A DNA stretch of 64,000 nucleotides from Eledone cirrhosa (Eukaryota): the NCBI GenBank assembly GCA_964016885.1, contig OZ024740.1, positions 163,742,001 through 163,806,000 on the forward strand. The letters run 5' to 3'. Positions 50,164 to 64,000 of this stretch are shown one piece after another. Position 1 is the stretch's first letter; each line of letters starts with the position of its first letter. Under the pieces are notes generated by a model. That model saw only the letters and a program-made list of their open reading frames with translations. It had not been told where the DNA came from and did not search any database. The position numbers and the translations under genes were made by a program.

Positions 50164-53100
50164 TGTATGCTTCATGCCTAATATACACTCACTTGTGTAT
50201 AGAAAAAGGTGTCTTTAGTCAGTATTATAATTGCTGTACAAAATACATTGAAAAAGTTCACATATTCAAAGGTCACTTTCAAAACAAATTTGAAAGTGAC
50301 CTTTAACTTTGTGGAGATCATATGATTATGTCTATTGTTGTTTTTTGTTTTTTCATGAAACAATTGCATGAATAAATAATGATATTTAATGAAAAAAGCC
50401 AAAACAAAACTAATTAATTAGAATTAAAGCTTAATTGAGGAGAACAAACATTTTTTTAATTAACTCTGATGAAAAAAAGACTCATAGGGAGACAATTAAA
50501 ATTAATTTAATATTTTCTTTTGTAGTATGGTGCTAGAAATAGCAGCCAAATTTCTACTATATCATACTTTAATAACTTTAAAATATAGTTCTAGATTAGA
50601 TATTTTATGTCTGAAAAGAAAAGACATCATGACTGTGACATCGTTGATCAAATGTTTCTTCAATCAAGGTTGACATCAGGCTAATCAATGAACAGAACAT
50701 ATTAATGAGTTTTTATCCTACAAATTGTGCTATGCTGTGATACAATAACAGTTTCTAATTTAAGCAATTTAAGGATAGCAAAAAGTTGATTAATCAACCC
50801 CAGTACTTGACTCAACACCACACACTCAACATTTACTTAGCAGCTATGCAGAAAAGTGAGAAAATGTTTCTATGATAGAGAAACAAACCAAATGAAAATT
50901 GATAAAAAGTTTATTTGCTGTTTAGCCCCAGTTCTGCCCTGATCGAGCTGACTTGTGATTCAAGCCATGTCTATCTTTAGAGCATTAGACAAAATCATCA
51001 TTTCATTCATCATTTCATTTTACGTCCACTTTTTCCCTGCTTGCAAGGGTGGGACAGGAACTGATTCTGGCTTGATTTCTACAGCTGGATGCCCTTCCTA
51101 ACACCAACCTCATTTACAGTGAGTGCTGGGTGCTTTTTTGCCGTGGCACCTCCACGACCACTTTGCAGTGGAATGATAGGGAACCCAGTCCCTATCATCT
51201 CATTTCTACAGCTGAGTAAACTGGAGCAATGTGAAATAAAGTGTCTTGCTCAAGGAAACAACACAACACCCGGTCTGAGAATTGAACTCACAACCTTTCG
51301 ATTGCAAGGCCAATGCTCTAACCACTAAGCCATGTGCCTCCAAAATGCAGCTTAGTATTTGTTTCAGCATTTTTATATTCTAAGTGCCCAGACAACTCTA
51401 GTGAATTTGTCTGTATCTAACCAGTAAAATGGTGTCTTGTAAAAGATACCCAAACAAATGCATGAGGAAATCACGTTTGTATCCTCCCATGAAAAACACA
51501 TGGCACTTATTAAGGAAGTCACTAGGGATCATTTATGACCTAATAAATAAAAAAAGGATTACATTATTTAATGTATCCGTTCTTTATTTAAGACTATAGT
51601 GTGTCTAACCGATGCTAGCATGGAAAATGGATGTTAAACGAAGATGATGATGATGATGATGATGATGTGTGATTTGAGGTTGATTTTGCTACTCAAACTA
51701 GCAGGAGAGTGACCATATAAAGGCTCCGTCATTGGCACAACATGACATAGTTATTTATAAGAGTAATGATGCCTGGATCAATACGATACAAGTGAAGCAG
51801 CTGAGGTGAGAGGGTACAGGTGTATAGCCTGCCACAAATATTCTATTGTGTCCATGGACAAGACAGTTAACTCTTAACAGCTGAGTTTGCCTAACTGAAA
51901 GTTTTGTAATGCCATCACCCAGCTCAATCAGTTTTTATCAAGTAGATATGGCATACAGGTAGTTAGTCGAAGGACTAGATGCTATCCACACATCTACCAC
52001 GTCACTGAAGATAAAACTGTGCACTCTAATTTGTTGCTGCTGTTGATGTTTAATCCCAGATCAGCCTCAATACAGAAGATCTATAATCAGAGGTGTTCCT
52101 TTCCTGACTGTCCCAACTTTTCATATATCAAGGACTACATTGGCCAATGTATTCTGGAGAAGATTTGACTGCAATTTCTAGCGCAACTAATGATTTTATA
52201 GAGGTCCCCATAATTATAATTCCCTATTATAAGGAGAGACAGTGCTGTGGAATTGAGAAACAATTCATTAGTTTTCAGTGTTCAATTAAGTTTCTCCCTC
52301 AAGAAATGTCAGTGATAGACCAGTATTATATTCTATAGGATAAGACATTGATTACCATATTTCTAATGAAATACTTGTTTTAATTAATTAAGAAAGAATT
52401 TTGGAAGGATTTATTAAAAGGATGATCTCATTCAGATAGTATTTGTAACATAACAAAATATTCTCATAGAAAATTGTTAGAAAGTTTTAATTTAAGTAGG
52501 AACCCTTTAAAATGTTCTTAGTTTGTTTCATAGAAATAGGGGCAGTTTTAGGCAAGTTGGTATAAAAAGAGGTAATATTACATGTGGTCTCTGGGTGCCT
52601 TTAGTGGACTTCATTCTGTTGTAAACATTTGGGCCAGATCTCTAGCTTGAATATATCATTCTCCCTCACTCACCAGTCTCAGAAGCCCTGAAGAAATAAA
52701 GGTTCATGGGACTCACTCTTACACCTGACTAAGTGATAAATAAAGTGTCATCAAAACCCTGGATAATCACTTGGTCTTTGGCTCTTTGTAATTAGTTGAG
52801 AAACTAGTGATTCTGATTGAATTTTGTCCCAAGAGACTAATTAATTAGTTGAATATATTAGTGTGTTATTACCTTTACATAATCTTTCTTGATCATTTAG
52901 AAAGATAAGACACAATCAGTTTTCTGCTTCTCAGTTGATTTATCAAATATCACAAATCCTCTCAGATTACATATGTACTTCACAGCCAGAATTTGAAAGG
53001 AATTTATTCACCTCTAAACTTTGACTCCTAGTATTTCTCTTGTTATCTTGCTATACCAGCATTCCATCATGTACTCTTAAGAGCCATAGTATTTCTTAGC

Positions 53101-53724
53101 TTTTCTTCAGCAGTTAACAGTTGGCTGTGCTTCAAATCTTTATTTGTGCATTATTTTTTTTTTCTTTTATAAACACAATCCATTTATTTAATGGGAAGAA
53201 TCAATTATTCAGTACTCTTAGTGAATTTTTTATTGAATAAAGCTATTAATAGAATATAATAATAATTGTTTCTACTTTAGGCACAAGGCCAGCAATTATC
53301 CAGTGCATTACTGGTACTTTATTTTATCGACCCCGTAAGGATGAAAGGCAAAGTCAACCTCGGCGGGATTTGAACTCAGATCGTAAAGGGACGTAACTAT
53401 GCTGGAAAGCATGGCGTCCGACCCTCTACCGATACTGCCAATCCACCAATAATAGTTTCTAATTTAGGCACAAGGGCAGGTGTTTCAAGAGGAAGAGAAA
53501 GTTGATTAAGTCAATCCAGTACTGGACTGTTACTTCATTTTATCAACCTCAGGGAGGATGAAAAGCAAAGGTTGACTATGGATTTTATCTCTACAGAGTT
53601 GAGTACTGGTGTTGATTTAATCAACTGTTTCCTTCCTACCTACACACCAAGGATTGTGGCTTTATGGTTGTTATAATATTTATTATATTATTAATTTATA
53701 ATTATAATAATAAATAAAAAAACT

Positions 53725-54135
53725 GATATCAACACCATCCAGATCCAGTAACAGAATTTGGTAATGTCATAATACTGTGGGATTTTACAATACACTCTGA
53801 CAGGGCAATCAAAGCCAATAGACCAGATATCATAATAAAAGATAACAACAACAAAATGTGCTTCATGATAGACCTGCTAGTACCTGCTGATTGCAATGTG
53901 CCTTTTAAGATATTTAAAAAAAATTCAAAGTAGAAGGATCATGAAATAGAGATTTTAAAATGTGTGGTATGAAAGCCATCACTATCCCAGTTACAGTTGA
54001 AGCACTGGGCTGAATAAACAAGGAAACTGACAAATTCATAAATCATATACCAGGTAAACCTTGTATTAAAAAAAATTCTGAAAATTGTACTCACTAATAC
54101 TGCCCACATTTTGCATAAAGCATTGTCAATGTAAT
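53725..54135 (+). mobile_element. Second, older R4/Dong-family RLE fragment
   Basis: ILWDFTIHSDRAIKANRPDIIIKD..CFMIDLLVP..KIVLTNTAHILHKALSM*; preceded by TAA-rich sequence. Confidence 0.78.
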
Positions 54136-55119
54136 TTGGGGAAAGCAAAACATGATGTATCTTGTATGTGACACATCTATGGACCAAAGGTTGCACGTTG
54201 TCCATTATATTTTGCCTTTAATTCTGGTTTCAAATGTGCAAATATTTGTAAAATATTCTAATTGGTTTTACTGACTATATGTATCTGTAAATATTGTATA
54301 TAAACCTTTTGAATTCTGTGTGTGAGTATATGTGTATAGGGTGCATTGTTAGCTGCTTTCTCAAACTCTCAACAAAATAGCATCAGTTATCTATGGTGCT
54401 GAGAAAAAATGCATCATTACAAACCATCATCGACCCCAAGACCCTGGTTGAAGCTCGATGGGATGTATGTGAATTATACAGAAAGCCAAGGAAAATGGTG
54501 ACTGTAAAGTGGTCGTATAGGTCATGTAAAAGACACGGCAAAAAGCACCCAGCACACACTGTAAATGTGGTTGGCATTAGAAAAGGCATCCAGCCGTAAA
54601 AAAACAGCCAGAAACAGTCCTATATGAGCAAGACACAGTCACACAACCCAACTTGCCTTTAAATGGGACAAACCTGTCTAACCCATGCTAGCATGGAAGA
54701 TAGATGTTAAACGATGATAATGATGTCTCAGATTTAGGTACAAGGCCAACAATTTTTTTTTGCGAGGGGCAAGTCGATTAAATTGACCCCCAGTGCATTA
54801 CTGGTGCTTTATTCTATCGACCCCATAAGAAGGAAAGGCAAAGCTAACCTCAGCAGGATTTGAACTCACAACGTAAAGGGATGTAACTCTATGCCACAAA
54901 GAAGGGTGTCCGACGCTCTACCAATACTGCCAAATAATAATAATAATAATTGTTTCTACTTTAGGCACAAGGCCAGCAATTACCCAGTGCATTACTGGTA
55001 CTTTATTTTATCGACCCCATAAGGATGAAAGGCAAAGTTAACCTCGGCTAATAATAATAATAATAGAATATGCTGTCAATTTATTGTTTAAACCAATCAT
55101 TTTTCAAATTGTTTTACAG

Positions 55120-55255
55120 GAGAATTTGGAGAAAAATATATTCTAGAAGACATTTAGGTGATCCTGTGGGTTATATATTGAATACAAACATTGTAGAGGA
55201 AGACAATGACGATGATGATGATGACGAAAGTAAATGGAATTGGTATATTTCTTAA
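55120..55255 (+). CDS. C6orf118-like terminal coding exon
   Basis: TTTTACAG|G AGA ATT TGG (phase 2); RIWRKIYSRR..DDDDDDESKWNWYIS*. Total CDS is 1422 nt, or 473 aa. Confidence 0.85.
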
Positions 55256-55334
55256 TGAGATTCAGATGTCTGGTTGAATTCTGTTTCACAGAAATTCAAT
55301 CCAGAAACTAGAACAGCAATGAATTATATCACTA

Positions 55335-55340
55335 AATAAA
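55335..55340 (+). terminator. Probable polyadenylation signal of the C6orf118-like gene
   Basis: AATAAA 80 nt after the stop codon. Confidence 0.5.
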
Positions 55341-55761
55341 AAATATATGGTTAATTTTCGTAAATTGACTTTCAGTTTTCCCACTCATTCTGAGAGATAA
55401 ACTAATGAGCTTTGTTCTATATAGCCAATGCTATAATCACTCTGTTCTAAATATTATAATATATTGATTTCTTTCAATTAGGTACATGGCCACATCTTGT
55501 AAGGGAAGAGGTAGAGTTGGTTTTAACTCAACCTCATTATAATGCTGGTAATTATTTTATTGATTGAACATTTAAACTCAGAAAGTGATTGAATGGATCT
55601 CAGCCAGTTTCAGTGATGATTGATCTAGTTGTTCAATCAATGCAACAGCCTGTTCATGAAATTAATAACCAAATGGTTAAGAAGTTTACTATGCAATCAT
55701 TAGGTCCTAAGCTTAATTCCCCTGCATGGTATCTTTAGCAAGTGTTATTTACCATAGCCTT

Positions 55762-55901
55762 GTTGACCCATGCTTTATGAGGGAAATGTGTTGACTCATG
55801 TTTTGTGAGTGAAATGCGTTGACCCATGCTTTGTGAGTGAAATGTGTTGACCCATGCTTTGTGAGTGAAATGTGTTGACCCATGCTTTGTGAGTGCAATT
55901 G
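55762..55901 (+). repeat. 28-bp tandem repeat x5 within a SINE body
   Basis: GTTGACCCATGCTTTGTGAGTGAAATGT units; single-unit versions of this SINE lie at about 11930-12070 and 47230-47380. Confidence 0.9.
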
Positions 55902-58900
55902 GGAAGTCTTAAACTGATTGGAAGCTCTTCACTTGGACTCTTCCTGTAGTTCAAAGGCCAGCCATGTCACACATTGTGTTATGCTAAATTTCACTGAGAA
56001 TTACATTATGGGTGTATGTGTCTGTGGAATGCTTAGTCACTCGTGTTAATTTCATGAGTAGGCTGTTCCATTAATCAAGCAACTGGAACACTTATCAAAA
56101 TTGACAGGGCTCCATTTCATGTTAAAACTACAATTGGTGAGTTCATATTTTTCTGCAGGTGTTACAGTTTTCTTGGGTAAGCCCAATTTGCAAGGTTATC
56201 TGCTTGTCCATATAAATTTGCTTACTCAATATTCTACATGATCACTTGACCTTCCAAAAATAACAGCCAAATCACTCTCTAATAACATATTACCAGCCCA
56301 AATACAAAAACGACATTAATTAACTATTAACATCTTGCACTGCATGAAACCACACTAGCAAGACATTCTTGAAAAGCATAGCCTCACCTATCTCATGGGT
56401 CCTCTGCTATCATTGATCTTGTCCAGATGGGATATATCCATGAGAGCCCTACCCACCTGTCCTCTGGCCAGAAACCTAGGATATAGATCCAAGCTCAAAT
56501 GACAATCATGTTCGATCCACATAACACACAAGAGAAAAGAGTTACTATTGAGTAATTTCAATTTTACAGATAGTAAAGGAAATCTTGATTAGATAATTGA
56601 AAAAAAAATATTATACATCTAAAAGATACAAATACAATACAACACATTCCATGAAATGGTAATACTGGTGCATGAAAAATCACACCTAGTACACTCTGTA
56701 AAGTTGTAGCGGAATGTGGTGTTCAGTACAGATGGTTGGAATTAGGAAGGGTATCCAGCTATAATATAATAATAATGAAATTATTGTGTACAGTGCTCAA
56801 GTGCACGTATAGTACATAGAATAATGTACAAATGTCAGGAAAATGAACAGTGTATCAGTCATGATATACAGGTGTGTGTGTGTGTTTGTATGGAGGGGGG
56901 GATATCAGGTGTAGTGTTGGCGAATTTCAGGAAGCATGGAGGGTTTAAAGGATGCAGTGTCTCGGAAGCTAACAACTGATGCAGGGAGTTTGTTCCATGC
57001 TTCAGCAACTCTGAGCGTAATAAAATGTTTCTGAAAGTCATGGGAGCTGTGCTGTTTTCTGACTTTGTAGACATGCCCACGTGTGTTAGACACATGGCAT
57101 GATGGTTGGATAACATCCATGAGCTTGGCTGGTCTCACTTGGGGATCCAGCCGGATCAGTTGGAGATGGTTGCTTCTAACAGGACCCGTTGGAAGAAGTG
57201 TTTGAGGACTCTGCCCCCACGACCCTCTCAGGAATAATTGGGTGAAAAGAAAAGTATTCTTTTTTTTTAAATTCATTTAAACACAATTGCAAGCAAAGTT
57301 GCAAACAGTATTTACAAAAAGCAGCATGTGATTTATATATGAGTTAAAGGCTGAAGCTAAAATATTATATATACAAAGTAGGGAGGGGTGCAGCTTATAT
57401 ACTGTTGCAATTTATGAGTAGATGCATTCCATGTGTATCCTGGCTTTTAGAATAGGTACACTGGGCCCCTACATGCTGTAAGAGTTGACTTTAGGAAGGT
57501 CACACAGTTTTAAAAATTCTCCTCAAACTATGCCATCATGGAAAACTGGACGTAAAAACTATGTTTTTATCTGTCAGTATATGTTAGACTTAAAAGTAGT
57601 AAGCATCAGTTTCAAAGATAGTGAAGTATTTGTTATTAAAGACTACTACATTGAGTGGATTAAGTAATTCTCTTGATATCTTGTAATGATTTAGCAGAAA
57701 ATATCTAAAAATGGATTTAATTCAAATGTTTATAGTATTCTTTACCAGTGGACAGATCATCATAGGGAAATTTGCAGTAAACTAACAACTTTAATTTTCT
57801 ATGTGATGCAGTCATACTGCTGTTCTATACTTTTCAAGAATGTCCTGCTAGTGTAGTTTCATGTCGTAAAGGACATTAAGAGTTAAGGAGCATAGTTCTC
57901 TCATTGGTTTGATGGTTTTTGCTGTTGCTGTGGTTGTTTAATCCAAAGTCAGTTCTGACTGAGCAGGCCAATAATTAACATTTCAGCCATGATCAGCTTG
58001 TCTTTTTTTTTTTCAAATAGTGTATCTAAAACTACAATGGTTTTTTAAAAAAAAAAACAATAGGGTGGGGGTTTAACTATTTTTTTTTTATAAGAATCTG
58101 CCTGAAACCCCACTTGGTTCTACAATATAAAACTGTTTTAAAGTATTTATATCAATCTAAAAAATCTCCCAGCCTAATTTTATGCAAGAACCTTTGTTAA
58201 GTTATATTCCAGACACAAGCTTCATAATTAGAAAGTTAATTATATAACTAAATCCCTTCAAATTCTTGATTATTTTCGAAATTAATTGAAAATCATGGGT
58301 AGCATCTTTAGAAATATGGTAATGAAAAGATTAAGGAATATTTAGCTTCAATTTCTAGCAGATCATGCATTGAGGTATCCACATTGTCTAATTTAACAAA
58401 TTAAATGATAATCACATAAAAAACAAATTAGTTCTGTTATGTAGAATGGTAATTTTACAAGTAAACAAATGTTTAATTAGGTAATAACAGTAATCATACT
58501 GTCTAGTTTTCCTACCGCTAAGTTACTCAGGGCTAAAGTGTCATGAGAAGGCTTTCTGAGTGTTTATCATAAATGTAGATTACTAACACTAGTTACTCAG
58601 GGCTGTTTCCAGAGAATATCTTCTGAGTGTTTATCATAAACACACACTACTTCTTCGCCCACTTATTCCTGAGAGGGTCATTGGGGCAGAGTCCTCAAAC
58701 GCTCCTTCCGGCGGGTCCTGGCAGAAGCAACCCTCTCCAACTGATCCGGCTAGATACCTAAAGGAGACCAGCCAAGCACATGGATCTTATCCAACCATCA
58801 TGCTCGGGGTTTACTCTTGGGTCTCCTACCGGTTCGTTTTGCCTAAAAAAAATCTGTCCAGTGATTCTTTTCTGAGACATTCTAACCACATGCCCATAGT

Positions 58901-61694
58901 ATCAGAGCTGTGATCTCTCAATTCAGAGAAGTAGCGACTCTACACACTCTATTAAGTTACTCCAAAGGTCCTTTTTAAAACCAATTTCATTATGGAAGCA
59001 GCATTTTAAAATATACAGAAGTTGCTATATTTATCATCAATTTTCTCTGCTATCAAGGCCCGGTAGGTCTTTACGGACAGAATCAGTATTCAAGTTATAT
59101 TACTAAATTCCTGATTATTTGAAAATCATTGGCAGTGTCTTTCAATTGTGATAATAATAATGAAATTATTGTGTAAAGTGCTCAGGTGCACTACAACTTG
59201 TCAAAGGTGCATGTATAGTACATAGAATAATATACAAATGTCAGGGAAGTGAATAGTGTATGAGTCATGATATACATGTGTGTATGTGTAGAGGGGGAAC
59301 ATTAGGTGTAGTGTTGGCGAATCTAGGGAAGCATGGAGGTTTTAAAGGATGCAGTGTCTCGACAGCTAACAACTGATGCAGGTAGTTTATTCCATGCTTC
59401 AGTAACTCTGAGCGTGAAAATATGTTTCCAAAAGTCATGGGAACTGTACTGTTTTCTGACTTTGTGGGCATACCGGGTTAAATGGTTAAAATGGCTCTTC
59501 CACAAGGTAATTGTTTCAGTTTTAAGACAGTCTCAGATTAAGTCACTTGCCAAACAAGTATAACTTGAAATTTAATTCAACATATTCACTAGAATAGATT
59601 CAAGCAAATATTTGAAGGCAGGAAATTCTCTTACATTTAACTATAAACATTGGAAAGAGCTTATGTTCAGAAAACTGCTGCTAGTGTTTATCAAACAAAT
59701 ATGCTGTGGTTTCCATGGACCCTGACCTACCGAGGAAGACAGCATCTGATTAAATACTAACCTGATCTGTAATAACCCATCCAACCCATGCCAGCATGGA
59801 GAACAGGTGTAAAACGATGATGATGATGTTAATCATTCATCAGTCTATTATTGATTTTTATTAGCCTCAACTCTAAACCTGGGATTCACATAAAATTTAA
59901 TTGAGGAAAACATAGGATCGATTTTTATGTCACCATTCTTCATTTTGACAGAAAAATTTATTTTCCTTTCATTATTCATACAATTCAGTATCAATACCTG
60001 TATATGAGAGATAGCATCTCCAGTACATCCCAACATCACACTTCTTTACCACTAATCATCATTCTCTCTCACTCATGCAACTTTTCATTGATATCTACCC
60101 ATCTCTATCAGTCCATTATTCACACACTTACTATCACTCATCTCTGTGATTCTATCATGCAGTTTATGGTGTTTGTTAATTTTCTTTACCAACATGCAGC
60201 TATGACTGTCTCTCTTCCATTACTCATTCCCTGGCCAGTCTCTCACTTTGTTTATCCACTCAGTCACATTTGACTTGAAATAAGCAACTGCTCTAATGCT
60301 GGTGCTACAATAAAATGATACTCTGTAAAATAGCTTGTGTTAGAAAATGCACCCAGCAGTAAAAACTATGCCAAAAAATGGAAGATATGAATGAAAAGTG
60401 GTCCACCAATCAGTCTTGGAGGGGAGTAACTTTGAATCCATCTGTGACAATCCATCCAACCAATACCAGAATGGAAAGTGGATGTAAAATGTAGCCAGCC
60501 TAAGAGGAAATCTTGTCTGACAGGGTGGAGGATCTGCTAGTTTATTTAATATGCAGGTAATATTTCTTTAATGTGCCATCCATGGAAAAGGAGTAGGCTC
60601 AGAATTTGGTAAGTCCCTTTGAAAAATGATTGTCTGATTAGCATCATAGTTTATTGAGCAGTGCCAATCATACCTGTTTGAAAAACAAACACCTACAACA
60701 TGGAAATTGTTAGTTGAATGAAGAATGAAAGACAGCAAGAAGTGGGTTTGAAATCAGTGATTTATTCCACAGCTATCCTTTTAAATAGTAAAGATGAAAA
60801 TAATTTTGGTGCTGTTGAAAATTTATAATGGCATGTTACAGGTGTGAGAATAATAGTTCCATAGTCGACTTCATATCAATATATAAGCTAGACAAGGTTG
60901 AAGAACTACTTGACTTTAATAGGAAATATTTGAACTATATTAATAATACAGTCATCTTCAAAGAGATAATTAATTTGAATCCAGCATGTCATAGTAATTA
61001 TCTGCTCTAAAACAAAGGTCACCTATTACTAACTACAGGTTATTAAATTTGAGCTAAAGAAATCACATAAGACAATAGTAGACAGGAAAGGGTTGAAATA
61101 TGTCTGCTTCTGTTAAGAACTAAAATTACAGGTTATATTTTGTCTCTGGGAGATTACTAAATGCTGGAAAAAAAAACAAAGTCCTTCAAGCTGAGGGAGC
61201 ATCTACTTGGTCACTCAATGTGATAGAAATAGTAGGTAAATCTCCCTCATATACTTTACTATCTTAAATAAGGAAAAGGCATTGAATAATGTAGTCCTGA
61301 ATACAGTAAGCCTTTAAAAATATGTATCAGTTACAGTTTGAGCCTAAACAACAATACATATCTTGTAATTTAAGATATTCAGTCATACTTGCAAAAGAGA
61401 CAAGTTTTTATAGTTGACATCAATGATTGAAAGCAAGAACAAACTCAAGAAAAATAACTGGAATGTAGATTCATCAGAAAAGCTGGGGGCAAAATAATTT
61501 GTCAAAACTGCCTAACAGTTTTACATATTTTTTTCCTCTGAAGAAAAAAAAAACCCCAGCACAAATACATATATGAAGATGACAATTTTCTTGCTTAAAA
61601 GATTCTCTATAATATCTCCACATGGAACAACTTTTTATAACTCTACATTGAAATTCATGAACTCAAGTTAAAATAAAAATATAACAAAAATAAA

Positions 61695-61823
61695 TTGGTA
61701 TAAGTTTACATTTCTTTTATTTCTTCCGACCATATAGAAAGATACTGGCAAACTGGTTTAAAAAAAATTGCCAGTTAAAATTTACAAATTAAGACTGCAT
61801 TTATCATTCCTTCACACACAAAC
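61695..61823 (-). other. COX17: Probable non-coding terminal exon of COX17 (3'-UTR intron 61824-63625)
   Basis: Donor TTG|GTAAGT after 63626, acceptor TTATTCTTTTTCAG|G at 61823, AATAAA at 61721-61716. The left boundary is approximate. Confidence 0.6.
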
Positions 61824-62819
61824 CTGAAAAAGAATAATGAAAATAGACAAGTAATTAGGTTTATACATACATTTATTAAACATATTATATTAGAAATTAT
61901 AAGATTATAGGTACCAATATGAGATAGAAAAGAGAGACAGGCCCACTGATAGCACTTGAACTAAGTATCTATTGCTTAGTGAGAGATCATGTTACAACAC
62001 TAGAGTACCTATCGATCCCTTTTCTTTAAAACTGATACTTAAACCCATTTATTTAAAAAATGTTTCCATTTTTACTACTACAAGTTAACTGATATATTAC
62101 TTAGCAACAGTGGTGAGCAGGCTATATAGACATTTGACCCAGTGGGTCAGTGAGTTGCAGAGCTGCATTAAAACATGGTAAAACACTGAAATAATACCAC
62201 AGTAAATTGACTAGCCGCTGCACAAAGATTGAAATAAAATTAAAATATGCCTTAGATGAGCAATGAAGGCAGTGGTCCTCAGCAGTGAGTATCACCTGAT
62301 TGGTTTTAAGACCCAGTTCACTTCTGCTTAGGTTAAACACTATATACAAGTATTGTATATTATATATACTAATATCCAATATAGTAAGGTATAATAAGTA
62401 CATGGTTTGAGGCTTAACAGCAAACTTTTCAGTAAAAGTGCTCAAAAAATATTCATAAAATTATGAATTATTTGTGGTTGTGACAAGTTTATTGAGTGAG
62501 AGAATAAACAGAAACAGCTAACCTGATACACAATATAAGGAAATGTGTGGGGATCTCATCTTATAGCAAGAGGATATATAAATAAATGTTATATAACAGA
62601 ATATATCTTGATAGTTTTAACATACCTACTTCTAATGAAGAGAACCACAAGAGAATAAAGGTTTTTATTTTTATTTGTTTTATATTTTGAACTCATTAAG
62701 TGACACAGAAAAAGTTTGTAGTTTCATATAACCTCAATACATTACCACAATTAAAAAAGAAATCATCTTGGGGGAGGGTGTGCTATTTAGTGGTGTGGAA
62801 CTATTACAAAAAAAGATCT

Positions 62820-62980
62820 AAGAGATTGTTGTAAAAGTAGAAGTGGTGGTAGCAGTCATAGAAGTGTTACTAGTAGTAGCAGTAGTAGTAATAGTAGAAG
62901 TGGTGGTAGTAGTAGAAGTAGCAAGAGTAAGTAGTAGTGGCAGTAAAAGTAGTTCTACTACTACAAGTAGTAGTAGTGGT
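62820..62980. repeat. Degenerate (AGT)n microsatellite
   Basis: Directly visible. Confidence 0.85.
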
Positions 62981-63679
62981 GTACAAAGGAATCTCATAAG
63001 AGAATAAGAGTGCAACAAACTATAAATAATTACTAGGATAGAATACTGTTCTATAGATATCGTACACATTTATTATCCTGTATGTATGTTTGTTCTTTTT
63101 AACTATATAGGGTATATAACAACTTTTCCAAAATATATTAAAAGGTAGGAGTGAGGGGTAATGAGAGAGGGGGGAGGGTGGTTAGTAGGAGAGGAGAACC
63201 GCAAAATCATGTAATGGCATACAGACTATATTAGAGGTTTGTTTTGCAAGGTCACTGACATCAATAGACTGCGAAGTGAAAGTCAAATGTGTAATATAAA
63301 GTACAGCCGACCTAAAAGGGAGACAGACAGACTGATGCAGAGAGAGACAGACAGACAGACATACTGACAGCAGATGTAGGGTATAGGGTACTAATAGATA
63401 TTTCATGACTATATTATCTATATAGCTCTTAAACTCAATAACTAACAAATATGCTTTCAAAAAATTTTTTTTAATTAATTAAATTATATACATATTATAT
63501 TTCATATAATATTAATTATTTAGAAAATGAATAATTAAATGATGTATTAAAGCAATGACATTGAGAGTTATTACAATAACAATACTGAAAGGAGTAAACT
63601 TGAACAAGTTTTGCATAAAACTTACCAATGATAGAAAATTACAAAAAAAAATATTAATATGTCTACATGAGTAATGTTG

Positions 63680-63764
63680 TCAAATGTCAAAGCCCATCTT
63701 CTTCATACAATCTTTGTGTGCCTGTATCAGATCACCGCAATGCTCTTCACCCCTTTCTACAATG
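63680..63764 (-). CDS. COX17: Cytochrome c oxidase copper chaperone, last coding exon
   Basis: Acceptor TCTAATTTCAG|C, then [27 protein letters not shown], the twin-CX9C C-terminal half typical of COX17. Upstream exon(s) lie beyond the window. Confidence 0.93.
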
Positions 63765-64000
63765 CTGAAATTAGAAAGATATATAATACCTTTATTTTTT
63801 TTGTATCAAAAAGAATATTATTTGTAAAGCATCCCAACTACAACTACAACAATCAATAATAATAGTTTCTAGTATAGGCACAAGGCCAGTAATCTGGGGG
63901 AAGGGGAAAGTCAATTAAATCGATCCCAGTACATTACTGGTGCTTTATTTTATCAACCCTGTAAGGAAGAAAGGCAAAGTTAACTATGGTGGGATTTGAA

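Noticed and set aside
61775-61823. Coding exon FVCEGMINAVLICKF*
   Set aside because: COX17 already terminates upstream, so this is better read as a UTR exon.

Overview
AT-rich, repeat-dense animal genomic DNA. The RTE/CR1/Dong LINE mix, tRNA-head SINE families and microsatellite density look cephalopod (octopus-like); this is an inference. I could assemble two host genes by hand. (1) A 7-coding-exon + strand gene (CDS 15623-55255, 473 aa, all splice phases consistent) encodes a TSNAXIP1_N-domain coiled-coil protein resembling C6orf118. (2) The last coding exon and a probable 3'-UTR exon of COX17 lie convergently on the - strand. Almost everything else is mobile DNA: Tx1/L1-like, R4/Dong, RTE, CR1 and Penelope-like retroelement remains; hAT, mariner and maT (DD37D) transposon remains; piggyBac- and hAT-type MITEs; several SINE families; and two copies of a non-autonomous Helitron-like element. 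The most unusual signals are these. One Helitron copy carries an intronless, 3'-truncated ZFAND5/6-like cDNA. The other carries a 41-bp tandem array with 12 perfect CRE octamers. There is also a degenerate minimal hammerhead ribozyme, a perfect 298-bp spacerless palindrome plus several other fold-backs, and an (ATT)n-centred nesting network of SINE, Tx1 and Dong elements. All coordinates were read by eye, repeat boundaries are approximate, and no searches were run.
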